From: an uncultured virus (IMG/VR IMGVR_UViG_3300033074_002123)
Lineage: Duplodnaviria > Heunggongvirae > Uroviricota > Caudoviricetes
DNA length: 64,000 nt
Strand: one strand, 5' to 3'
Virus record (IMG/VR): IMGVR_UViG_3300033074_002123
Location: 62,001 to 126,000 of that record
The notes below the pieces were generated by a model that ran no database searches, was not told the DNA's origin, and saw only the letters and a program-made list of their open reading frames with translations. This document shows positions 18,699 to 27,390 of this stretch, in pieces (positions within the stretch are counted from its first letter, which is position 1; every line of letters starts with the position of its first letter). Both the position numbers and the translations under genes were made by a program.

Positions 18699-19667
18699 TT
18701 AATAAGTGTTAGAGATACAATATAAACCACCCCCAAGTTGATAAAGTTTAGATAAAACATCATCTTCCCAAGGAATCAAATTAACATATTCAGGGGTTAC
18801 TTCTCTTATTTTTTCAAAAGCTAACCAACTTGAAGAAGAAAAAATAGGAAAAATGACATTATTTCCTACTATAATAAAATCTAAAATGTTTCCTGTATAA
18901 TCTTCCTGCCCACTATAAAGCAGTTTTTTCCCAGAAAGTTCATTAGGTAAACCAACTATTTCTAATCCAATATCATATTTTATTTTATACAAAATATCAT
19001 AAAGATTTTCATCTACTTTATTATTAAAAATACTATAAAGATAGTACTCATCATAATAATGTCTTAAGAAAATATCAGTATGACCTAAAACAGATCTAGA
19101 TTTAAGTTGATAAACTAATTTAACCCCAAAAATTTCCTTTAATAAAGAAATAATTTTATCTTCACTATATTTTGGGTTATCGGTAAAAATTTTATCAGTA
19201 ACAATAATAAATTTATTAGAGTAAAATTCAAAATTCCCTCCATCCAACTTCAAAGGAACTTTATAAACAGGTAATTTTAACTTTTCTTGATAAATGGTTT
19301 TTCCACATAAAGAATCATTTACTGAAGCTGTATAATGAAATTGAACTCCAATTTGTTTATATTTAGCTGTTTTAGCTAAAAAAGGTATCCAATCCCCTGC
19401 CCAAATATCTGTTACTTTAGGATAAAAGAAGAATTTTTGTTTACGTCTTTTAGCAAAATTTTCTAAAATTTCAGTCCTATATTCTTCTTTTTTAATTATC
19501 CAAAAAATTTCAATATCTAAAGGAATAATATAACTATAAGCTTTATAAAAAGCAAGTAAATCCTCAATATATTGTTTTTTGTATTGTAAACCTTTTGGAT
19601 AAACTAAAAAAATCCCACTAGAAAGAAAATCTTCAGAATAAATTTTAATTGGTAAAGGGACAACCAT
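18699..19667 (-). CDS. Agmatine-deiminase-like (pentein fold) protein
   Basis: DIWAGD, LDGGNF, GHTD, GGGLYC catalytic-motif order. Confidence 0.8.
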   Translation of the reverse strand: MVVPLPIKIYSEDFLSSGIFLVYPKGLQYKKQYIEDLLAFYKAYSYIIPLDIEIFWIIKKEEYRTEILENFAKRRKQKFFFYPKVTDIWAGDWIPFLAKTAKYKQIGVQFHYTASVNDSLCGKTIYQEKLKLPVYKVPLKLDGGNFEFYSNKFIIVTDKIFTDNPKYSEDKIISLLKEIFGVKLVYQLKSRSVLGHTDIFLRHYYDEYYLYSIFNNKVDENLYDILYKIKYDIGLEIVGLPNELSGKKLLYSGQEDYTGNILDFIIVGNNVIFPIFSSSSWLAFEKIREVTPEYVNLIPWEDDVLSKLYQLGGGLYCISNTY

Positions 19668-19670
19668 AAA

Positions 19671-20396
19671 TTAAGCAACAATTTTTACAATAGGATCAAT
19701 ACCAGCTTTAACTACTCTTCCAACTTTTTCACAAAACTCAAATTCAAAATCATCACTTAAAGGCAAAACAAAGCTAACTTGACTTCCATACCTAATTTGC
19801 CCTAAGTCTTTATTCTGAATAACATAATCACCTTCTTCAGGGTAATGAACAATATTGCTAACTTCATAATCAGCAATATTAATTAAGTAATATTCATGAC
19901 CAAAAAGCTTAGGCATTCTAACAGTTATAACTGCTCTTTCATTAGTAAAAGCAAAACCATATTTGTTTAAATCAATAATTCCTTCAATTAAATCATTTTC
20001 AGCAAACAACATAGGTCTGTTATTACTTGTAATAGGACCAACTTTATCACAACTTACAATACCACTATAAGGTAATTTGGTATAGTGAATATTATAATAA
20101 GTTAAAAAGATATCAACAATCATATAATAATTGCCTTCTCCCTTAAACCAAGGGTCCATAAAAGCATCCTTCAAATTATATTTCATTCCTTTAATTTCCA
20201 TTAAAGGTTCATCTGCCTTAACAATAGCTTGATTAATGATAACACCATCAGCTGGACTGTAAAAAACATCATCATCAATATAACGAGGTCTTAATTCATT
20301 TCTAAAAAAGACCATTTCAGCTATTTCCCTTTTGGAATATTTAGCCTTAATAGGCTGAACTTCCTTTTCTATCCATTCTTGAAGAGATAAAGACAT
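19671..20396 (-). CDS. Phosphatidylserine-decarboxylase-fold pyruvoyl-dependent decarboxylase
   Basis: FFRN..R, SPADG, IFLTYYNIH, NER, YGSQ autocleavage site; no obvious membrane anchor. Confidence 0.82.
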   Translation of the reverse strand: MSLSLQEWIEKEVQPIKAKYSKREIAEMVFFRNELRPRYIDDDVFYSPADGVIINQAIVKADEPLMEIKGMKYNLKDAFMDPWFKGEGNYYMIVDIFLTYYNIHYTKLPYSGIVSCDKVGPITSNNRPMLFAENDLIEGIIDLNKYGFAFTNERAVITVRMPKLFGHEYYLINIADYEVSNIVHYPEEGDYVIQNKDLGQIRYGSQVSFVLPLSDDFEFEFCEKVGRVVKAGIDPIVKIVA

Positions 20397-20408
20397 ATAA
20401 TTTCCTCC

Positions 20409-21377
20409 TTAAACCATATCAAGTTTGAAACTAAAATGATTCAAATTCATAACTAAACAAGACATATCAGCTCCTCCTTTATAAAATTCACTGATATTAA
20501 CAAAAACAGGTTCTAAATCTAAATGGATACAAATATCCTCTAATAATCTATTCTTTCCCATTTCAATTTCCCAAGATTCACTACCTGGTTCTTCTTCCTG
20601 AATACAAGATTCAGCAATTAAACTATCATAGTATCTAACAACACTACAACCACCATATTCAGCATACTTTAGAGGTATTTCAATTAAATTAATATAGCCT
20701 TCTAAAGTCTTTATGTCTTCTTTAGAAAAACTAGAAAGACAACACAAAGCATCTTCTCTAGTTACAGGTAAAAAATTAACATCTAAGTGATAAAGATAAT
20801 TGTTAGTAGGACTAACTTTAATAATTTTAATCCCAAATTTTTCTTCCATCCACTCATATGTTTTGATATCACTTCTTTGTCCATATCCACCAACATAAAG
20901 TTTAGGACCTATTTTTTTCAATTCAGCATCTCCTTCAAACTTAAAAGGAGCAACATGGGTTTCAAAACCCAAATTCTCAAAAAACCTTTTTCCTACTTCA
21001 GTTTCTCCTTGCCTATTAGGTACAGTAAAGTTAGAAACAACTACAATATCTTTATCAAAATCATCAAGAACCACTCCTAAATTAGAAGTAAAAACTAAAT
21101 CTTGTAAATATTTTTGTGGAGTAGGGGCTAAATAAACTAAACCCTGAGAAGCAAAAAAGTTATAAAGGGTTAGCCATTGATTCAGAGCTCTTCCCCTATC
21201 AACTTCTCTTTCAGCTTCAGTTTGTTTTTCCATTGATAAATTATTGGGAATTTTGGCATCAAACCCAATTGGGGGAGACATAACTATAGCTGGTAAATCC
21301 AAGTCTTTAATCAAATACCTGTCTTCTACCAAGGGATTGGATTCATTTTGAGTTGTAAGTAGATTAACCTTTTTCAT
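20409..21377 (-). CDS. Amidinotransferase/dimethylargininase-fold (pentein) protein
   Basis: DLVFTSN, R.GE, FEGDAE, YHLD, EF.KGG...SCL catalytic His/Asp/Cys pattern. Confidence 0.85.
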   Translation of the reverse strand: MKKVNLLTTQNESNPLVEDRYLIKDLDLPAIVMSPPIGFDAKIPNNLSMEKQTEAEREVDRGRALNQWLTLYNFFASQGLVYLAPTPQKYLQDLVFTSNLGVVLDDFDKDIVVVSNFTVPNRQGETEVGKRFFENLGFETHVAPFKFEGDAELKKIGPKLYVGGYGQRSDIKTYEWMEEKFGIKIIKVSPTNNYLYHLDVNFLPVTREDALCCLSSFSKEDIKTLEGYINLIEIPLKYAEYGGCSVVRYYDSLIAESCIQEEEPGSESWEIEMGKNRLLEDICIHLDLEPVFVNISEFYKGGADMSCLVMNLNHFSFKLDMV

Positions 21378-21401
21378 TTTATAATTAAATTTTAAGTTAG
21401 T

Positions 21402-22442
21402 TTACCAGTTTAATATATAAGCAAACATTAAAGGAGCTACAATAGTAGCATCTGATTCAATAATAAATTTAGGTGAATGTCCACCTAATTTTCCCCAGGT
21501 AATTTTTTCATTTGGAACTGCTCCTGAATAAGAACCATAACTTGTAGTAGAATCAGAAATTTGACAAAAATACCCCCACATTGGAACTTCAGTAAATTTG
21601 CCTCCACTATAAGGGACTAAATCTTGATTAATACAAGGAACAGAACAAATTGTAAAGTCTCCAGCTATGCCACCCCCTATTTGAAAGAACCCTATTTCAG
21701 CAAAATCTTTTGTTTGAGAAGTATACCATTTAAGTAATTCTTCCATATATTCAATCCCACCTTTAACAACATAATTAGCAAAATCTCCATTAACTTTACA
21801 AGAAGCATAAATATTACCTAAAGTAGAATCTTCCCATCCTGGAACAAAAATAGGAATACCTTTTTCTTTAGCAGCTACAAGCCAACTATTTTCTAAAGGT
21901 ATTTCATATTCTTCATTAGGAATAATTTTTTCATCTAACAATTGGTAAAGAAATTCATGAGGAAAGAACTTTTGGTTATTGTCACTTGCCTTTTTCCATA
22001 AATCAAGTAAAGCTCTAGAAATCTTAGTCATAGCTTCTTCTTCAGGTATACAAGTATCTGTTACTCTATTTCTTCCAGCCTTAGCTAAAGCTACCTCATC
22101 AGCTACTGATAAAGCTCTCCAATCTTTAATTCTGTAGTAATGAGAATGAGCCACTAAATTAAAAATGTCTTCTTCCAAATTAGCTCCAGTACAAGTAATA
22201 GCATGAACTTTATCTTGCCTAATCATCTCAGCTAAACTTATACCCAATTCAGCAGTAGACATAGCACCAGCTAAGGTTATTAATATTTTATTATTTTCTG
22301 TCTCAATAAATTGCTTATAAGCTTCAGCAGCTTCAACTAAAGTTGCAGCATTAAAGTGAAGAAAATGAGTCACCAAAAAATTACTAATTGGTCTACCTTC
22401 AACTATCTTAGTTGAGGGACCTTTGTAAGTAGATTTATTCAT
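21402..22442 (-). CDS. Deoxyhypusine-synthase-like (homospermidine-synthesis) NAD-dependent aminobutyltransferase
   Basis: LAGAMST, TGANLEED, PGWEDST, IGGG, GSYSGAVPNEKITWGK (catalytic Lys), SDATIVAP. Confidence 0.93.
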   Translation of the reverse strand: MNKSTYKGPSTKIVEGRPISNFLVTHFLHFNAATLVEAAEAYKQFIETENNKILITLAGAMSTAELGISLAEMIRQDKVHAITCTGANLEEDIFNLVAHSHYYRIKDWRALSVADEVALAKAGRNRVTDTCIPEEEAMTKISRALLDLWKKASDNNQKFFPHEFLYQLLDEKIIPNEEYEIPLENSWLVAAKEKGIPIFVPGWEDSTLGNIYASCKVNGDFANYVVKGGIEYMEELLKWYTSQTKDFAEIGFFQIGGGIAGDFTICSVPCINQDLVPYSGGKFTEVPMWGYFCQISDSTTSYGSYSGAVPNEKITWGKLGGHSPKFIIESDATIVAPLMFAYILNW

Positions 22443-23505
22443 TTTTATTTAATTTAGATAACAAAGTATATTCAGACAACAATTGTAAAATCCTAGCTCC
22501 TACATTACCATCCCACTCTTCTTCACTTCCAACTTCAACTAAGTCAAAACCAATTATATTAAAATTAATACTTAACTGGTTAAGAATAAATTGAGTTTTA
22601 CCAAAATTAATCCCACCAGGAACAGGAGTACCTGTACCAGGACATAAAGAAGGGTCTAAAACATCTATATCAAAAGTAATATAAATATTTTTAATCCCTC
22701 TTTCTTTAAAAATATAAATAGTTTCACCCAACTTAGAATTAAAGTCTCCTTGTTCAGTAAATAAATCATCATATTCTGGGTGAGTATAAAGGTAAGTTGG
22801 AATTAAAGTGGTATGATTTTGAATAAAATCAGATTCTGCTTTATCATAATCCCTAGCTCCTATTTGAAAATAAGCTCCTATTTTGTTTGAAATAACTTCA
22901 GACTTAAAAACATTATACATAATTGAAGCATGAGAATAATCAAATTTTAAGTAAGCTTCTCTAGCATCAAAATGAGCATCAAAATGAATTAAACCAAAAG
23001 TTTCTTTCTGAAATTTAGCATGAGCTCTTAAAGCTCCAAAAATAACTGAATGGTCTCCTCCAATGATTCCAACTACTTTACCTTTTTCTAAATATGAAGT
23101 AACTACATTTTCTACCTCCATATTTATTTCAGAACACCTCTTGTTTAAGTCAAATAAAACTTTTTGGAACTTAGGTAATAAAGGTTTGTCTGGATTATCA
23201 TAAGACCAAGTTAAATAATGGTCTATTAAAGCTCTCCATCTTTCATTTTCTTCAGCTAACTCAGGTAAATTAGGTAAATCTTCTATCATAAAAACTTTGC
23301 CATCTTTAGTAACACTTTTTCCATGAACAGTTTCAAAAAACCCAAAATCTACTTGTTCAGCCATATCAAAAATGTTTTCAGGTCCCATATAGGTACCTGG
23401 TTCTCCAGATACTGTTGTATCCCAAGTTACAGGAATTAAAATAATTTCAGCAACTTCTTCAGAAGTTTTAGTAACTCCAAAAATATTATAATCTAATTTC
23501 TCCAT
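22435..23505 (-). CDS. speB: Agmatinase (ureohydrolase family)
   Basis: GGDHS, DAHFD, SHAS, DIDVLDP..PGTGTP.PGG, DLVEV. Confidence 0.92.
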   Translation of the reverse strand: MEKLDYNIFGVTKTSEEVAEIILIPVTWDTTVSGEPGTYMGPENIFDMAEQVDFGFFETVHGKSVTKDGKVFMIEDLPNLPELAEENERWRALIDHYLTWSYDNPDKPLLPKFQKVLFDLNKRCSEINMEVENVVTSYLEKGKVVGIIGGDHSVIFGALRAHAKFQKETFGLIHFDAHFDAREAYLKFDYSHASIMYNVFKSEVISNKIGAYFQIGARDYDKAESDFIQNHTTLIPTYLYTHPEYDDLFTEQGDFNSKLGETIYIFKERGIKNIYITFDIDVLDPSLCPGTGTPVPGGINFGKTQFILNQLSINFNIIGFDLVEVGSEEEWDGNVGARILQLLSEYTLLSKLNKNE

Positions 23506-23506
23506 T

Positions 23507-24109
23507 TTATTGATGATTTACTGTTTTTATATAATCAAAAAATTCTAATCTAGCTAAATTCTCATTTTCCAAAAAAGCCCCACTAAGCTCAGCTGTTTGA
23601 GTCATAGTATTTTGGTTTACTCCTCTCATGAAAATACAAAGGTGTTTAGCTTTAATTACAACAGCTACCCCTCTATTATCTCCAATTAAAGCACTTACAT
23701 AATCATGAATTTCCTTAGTTAAGTTTTCTTGTACTTGAGGTCTACGAGCAAAATAGTTGACCATTCTATTTAATTTAGAAAGACCAACTATTTTCTTCCC
23801 TTTTAAGGGAATATAAGCAACATGTGCTACACCAAAAAATGGCATGTGGTGATGAGCACACATTGATTTTACCTCTATATTACCTTGAAAAACTAATCCA
23901 TCATAGTTACCTGTATTTTCAAAAACAGTTACTTTAGGAGCAGGCAAATGAAGTCCTTGAAACAATTCTTGAAGAAACATTTTAGCTACTCTTTTGGGAG
24001 TATCAACACTATTGGCATCTTCTTTCCATCCTGGACAAACAACATCCATAAACTCAGCATACTTAGTTTCTGCTGCACTTAAAATTAAATCAAAATCCGT
24101 CTTTATCAT
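23507..24109 (-). CDS. folE: GTP cyclohydrolase I
   Basis: TPKRVAKM, SMCAHH, GLSKL.R, RPQVQE.LT, HLC..MRG. Confidence 0.97.
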   Translation of the reverse strand: MIKTDFDLILSAAETKYAEFMDVVCPGWKEDANSVDTPKRVAKMFLQELFQGLHLPAPKVTVFENTGNYDGLVFQGNIEVKSMCAHHHMPFFGVAHVAYIPLKGKKIVGLSKLNRMVNYFARRPQVQENLTKEIHDYVSALIGDNRGVAVVIKAKHLCIFMRGVNQNTMTQTAELSGAFLENENLARLEFFDYIKTVNHQ

Positions 24110-24113
24110 AAGC

Positions 24114-24145
24114 TAAAATTATGAAAATGGTTAATTAAAAACAAA
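24114..24145 (-). promoter_or_regulatory. Bacteroidota-type promoter TTTG-N20-TAATTTTA upstream of folE
   Basis: Exact 20-nt spacer; the -7 box ends 4 nt before the folE ATG. Confidence 0.72.
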
Positions 24146-24163
24146 TCTTTTTTTAAAAAGAGT

Positions 24164-24925
24164 TTAAGCTTCTCTCTTGTTACCATAAGCTATAATATGG
24201 ACCCGGTCTGAAAAGTTATAACCTTCCCTTATACATAACTCAATTAACCAAGGTCTTCTTTTCTGTAATTGTTCTGGTGTAACCCCTTCAGGCATTAACC
24301 AAATCATTTCATTTCTTATCCCCAAAAGAGCTTGAACATTTTTAACTTCTTGAAGTTGTTCTTCTCTAGTAACTACAAATTTTAATTGAGCAGGATAATT
24401 AGAAAGGGTTTGAGACATATTATAATAGTTAGTTCTACTTTTCTCATGTTTTTCCCTATCTTTTTCAGTAACTAATCTATTTACAATGCCATCTGTTAAT
24501 TGAGTACCTACAACAGGAATTGAATTAGTTAATTTGGGACTCATTGAAACTAATCCAATATGAAAACCTTTAGGTATAAGATTAGAACCATTAGTTTCAA
24601 TTGTAATAAATTGATTAAAAAACTTAGCTAATTTACAAACTTCTCTTAATAAAGGCATATTAGTAGTAGGTTCTCCTCCAGTAATCATAGTATATCTTAT
24701 TTGAGGATTGGCCTTAAAAATTGCTTCTACATCAGCCAAAGAATATTTACCTTGTTCAGGTTTCCAACTAGCATAAGCTGTATCACAAATCCAATCACTA
24801 AATTGACAATTCATATTACAACCAGAGAATCTAATAAGGATATGGGGGACACCCATTAATTTACCTTCTCCTTGGACACAAACATGCAAATCAATAATTG
24901 AGACTATTTCTGTTGTTGTTTTCAT
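24164..24925 (-). CDS. queE: 7-carboxy-7-deazaguanine synthase (radical SAM)
   Basis: VQGEG, IRFSGC...C...CDT, ITGGEP, IETNG, SMSPK, LKFV, LMPEG, R.H. Confidence 0.95.
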   Translation of the reverse strand: MKTTTEIVSIIDLHVCVQGEGKLMGVPHILIRFSGCNMNCQFSDWICDTAYASWKPEQGKYSLADVEAIFKANPQIRYTMITGGEPTTNMPLLREVCKLAKFFNQFITIETNGSNLIPKGFHIGLVSMSPKLTNSIPVVGTQLTDGIVNRLVTEKDREKHEKSRTNYYNMSQTLSNYPAQLKFVVTREEQLQEVKNVQALLGIRNEMIWLMPEGVTPEQLQKRRPWLIELCIREGYNFSDRVHIIAYGNKREA

Positions 24926-25557
24926 AAAATTTGTTGTTCAGGTTTATTATAAATAAATTTAACTTTACTTTTTATTTTATCCCACATAAAATAATCTTTC
25001 CATTCTTTTTTTACCCCTTCACTAAAAATAATGTGGTTAATTGCTTTTTCTGCTGCTGAAGATTCAATTCCACATTGACAACTTTTCATTATTAATTTAT
25101 TCAAAACATATAAATCATCACTAGATGCTTCAGCATAACCAGTATCTGTTTCATGTACTCTGACAGCAGTTAAATGAATTTCATCTTCACCATTATTAAA
25201 TTCAGTATTATCAAGTATTTCATCAATAATAGCATAAAATAAAATAGATAAAGCTTCAGCACTTACATTAACAGGTAATTCTACCCATCTTAAACTGTTT
25301 TCTTTAACAAACTTCTTAAAATCTTCAGATTCTAAAGTCCAAAAAGCCCAACTGTGGTCAAAAGAATCAATAAATTCTTTAATTTGATTTTTCAAAACAC
25401 CAAAATCTAAAACCATATGAGCCTTATCTAAAGAAATAGAAGAAAGAAATATTTCTACAACATAACTATGCCCATGAATAGAATATTTACATCTGTCAGA
25501 ATAACAATTTCTAACTACATGAGCACCTTCAAATTTAAAAAGTTTTCTAATTATCAT
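24922..25557 (-). CDS. queD: 6-carboxy-5,6,7,8-tetrahydropterin synthase
   Basis: FEGAH...C...IHGHSY, VLDFG.LK, FDH, SAE, VHET. Confidence 0.93.
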   Translation of the reverse strand: MIIRKLFKFEGAHVVRNCYSDRCKYSIHGHSYVVEIFLSSISLDKAHMVLDFGVLKNQIKEFIDSFDHSWAFWTLESEDFKKFVKENSLRWVELPVNVSAEALSILFYAIIDEILDNTEFNNGEDEIHLTAVRVHETDTGYAEASSDDLYVLNKLIMKSCQCGIESSAAEKAINHIIFSEGVKKEWKDYFMWDKIKSKVKFIYNKPEQQIL

Positions 25558-25568
25558 AGTTTTAATTT

Positions 25569-26075
25569 TTATAAGATTCTAGTAATTTTGTTAATAGGAT
25601 AAGAAAGAGGAGTAGAACTTTTTCCTTGAATTAAAACACTAATTTTCTCATTTATAAAATCTACATCTTTAATAGTACCAATTAAGATTTTATTCCCCTC
25701 AAGAATTTTAACTTCACACCCCCTAGCATAATAATATCTCTTATCCAAATATTTTTGTTTTTCAGCTTCTTCTTCATTATCAGGTCTATACCAAATATTA
25801 GGAAAACCTTCAATTGGATAAAGCTCATTATATTTTTCTAACTTAACTTCTTTACTATCAAATATAGTAGGAAGGTGATTCTTAGCAGCTATATCAACAA
25901 TCTTTTCTTTCTTTAATTCCATCACCCCATTCCAATAGTCTTTATCTACCATTGAAGGATAAATTTTTTTCCTAAACTCTGCAATCAAATACTCAATTTG
26001 AAGCTGATTTAAGTAATTAAACATACTTAAATGTCTTGTTTTTTCGTGTTGTGATTTTTTATCTGTTGCTTCCAT
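25569..26075 (-). CDS. Hypothetical protein
   Basis: 168 aa ORF; beta-rich C-terminus. Confidence 0.65.
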   Translation of the reverse strand: MEATDKKSQHEKTRHLSMFNYLNQLQIEYLIAEFRKKIYPSMVDKDYWNGVMELKKEKIVDIAAKNHLPTIFDSKEVKLEKYNELYPIEGFPNIWYRPDNEEEAEKQKYLDKRYYYARGCEVKILEGNKILIGTIKDVDFINEKISVLIQGKSSTPLSYPINKITRIL

Positions 26076-27096
26076 AGCTAATAAGTTCCAATTTAGTTAA
26101 AAAATATTCAGAAAAAGAAATTAAGTTTTCTAAAACCATAAAAAGTTCATCTCCAGTTAACTCTCCTGGGTCTTTATTTTCTTCAGTTATAACTCCTATA
26201 TTAGTATTAAAAGAAGAAGCCAAAGATTGAGCTGCTTTTTTAGTACTCTTAATAGCTTCAGCATCATATAGAAGAATTATATTAGAAACTTTTTTTAATT
26301 TTAATTTAATAATTTGTTCATCACTAATTTTACTACCAAAAGTAGCATTACACTTAATTTCCTCTTGATTATCTAAATCAAGTAATTTATCTACATTAAA
26401 TTTATCAAAAGGCCCTTCTACCAAAATAACAGTAGTAGTATTTACTCCAATTTCATCATACCCCATTAAAAGTTTAGAAAAATCAACTCCCTTAGTGTTC
26501 CTATATCTCCTAAGCAAAGGTTTATTTAACAAAACAGCTTTTTCATTATAAGAATCAATTTCTTTTTTTGATTTTTTTAATCTAGCTACATAACCTAAAA
26601 TTTTCCCATTTTCTTTAATTGGGAAAATAAGGTAGTTATTAAGTAATTTAACAATAGTAGTGATTCCAACTTCATATCTGTCATATTGAGATGAAAGAAA
26701 ATTCCTATTTTCCAAATATTCATCATACTCTATTCTCTTAAATCCAACAGGTAAAGAAACTTCTTCCAAATCTAAATTAATTTCATCTAATTTGTTTAAC
26801 TCAGAAAATTTCTTTAAAACCTTATCTTGATAAATAGGAGCTCTATCTTTAAATTGAAATAAATCTAACCTACCAAGATGTTTAAGTAAAGTATATAAAC
26901 CTCCTCTTTTACCACAATTAGAATGAAAACAATTAAAAGAAGTAACAATCTTTCCTTTATATAAACTATCAAATACTATTCCAAATTTATCAGGTCTACC
27001 ACAAAAAGGACAAGTCCCCCCAAACCAACCTTTTTGTCCAGTTGGTCTAAGTTTTAATATAGTAACAAGTTCCTTTTGATAGTATTTTAAAGGCAT
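26059..27096 (-). CDS. dnaG: DNA primase (zinc finger + TOPRIM)
   Basis: CPFC...FNCFHSNC zinc finger, LVEGPFD, LLYDAE, KDPG. Confidence 0.9.
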   Translation of the reverse strand: MPLKYYQKELVTILKLRPTGQKGWFGGTCPFCGRPDKFGIVFDSLYKGKIVTSFNCFHSNCGKRGGLYTLLKHLGRLDLFQFKDRAPIYQDKVLKKFSELNKLDEINLDLEEVSLPVGFKRIEYDEYLENRNFLSSQYDRYEVGITTIVKLLNNYLIFPIKENGKILGYVARLKKSKKEIDSYNEKAVLLNKPLLRRYRNTKGVDFSKLLMGYDEIGVNTTTVILVEGPFDKFNVDKLLDLDNQEEIKCNATFGSKISDEQIIKLKLKKVSNIILLYDAEAIKSTKKAAQSLASSFNTNIGVITEENKDPGELTGDELFMVLENLISFSEYFLTKLELISYGSNR

Positions 27097-27389
27097 TTTG
27101 GGTCAAATTTAGAATAAATTTCTTTTAAAGTAGTAATATACATTTTATAATATTCTTGTAAATCAACAACTCTTTTCTTACCAAATGTCTTAGAATGAAT
27201 AATGGCTGCAATAACCCCTCTAAAACTACTATGAAAACTAATAGGAGGGTCTTTATAACCTTTCCCAATGTCCTTTAACAAAGTAAATTGATTTTCTTCT
27301 ACCCTAATATAGAAAGGATGAAGTAAAGGGTCTTTTATCAAATAACTATTTTCAATAACTTTTTTCTCTTTTGAGTTTACAGTTTCCAT
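27087..27389 (-). CDS. Hypothetical protein
   Basis: 100 aa ORF between helicase and primase. Confidence 0.6.
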   Translation of the reverse strand: METVNSKEKKVIENSYLIKDPLLHPFYIRVEENQFTLLKDIGKGYKDPPISFHSSFRGVIAAIIHSKTFGKKRVVDLQEYYKMYITTLKEIYSKFDPKCL

Positions 27390-27390
27390 A

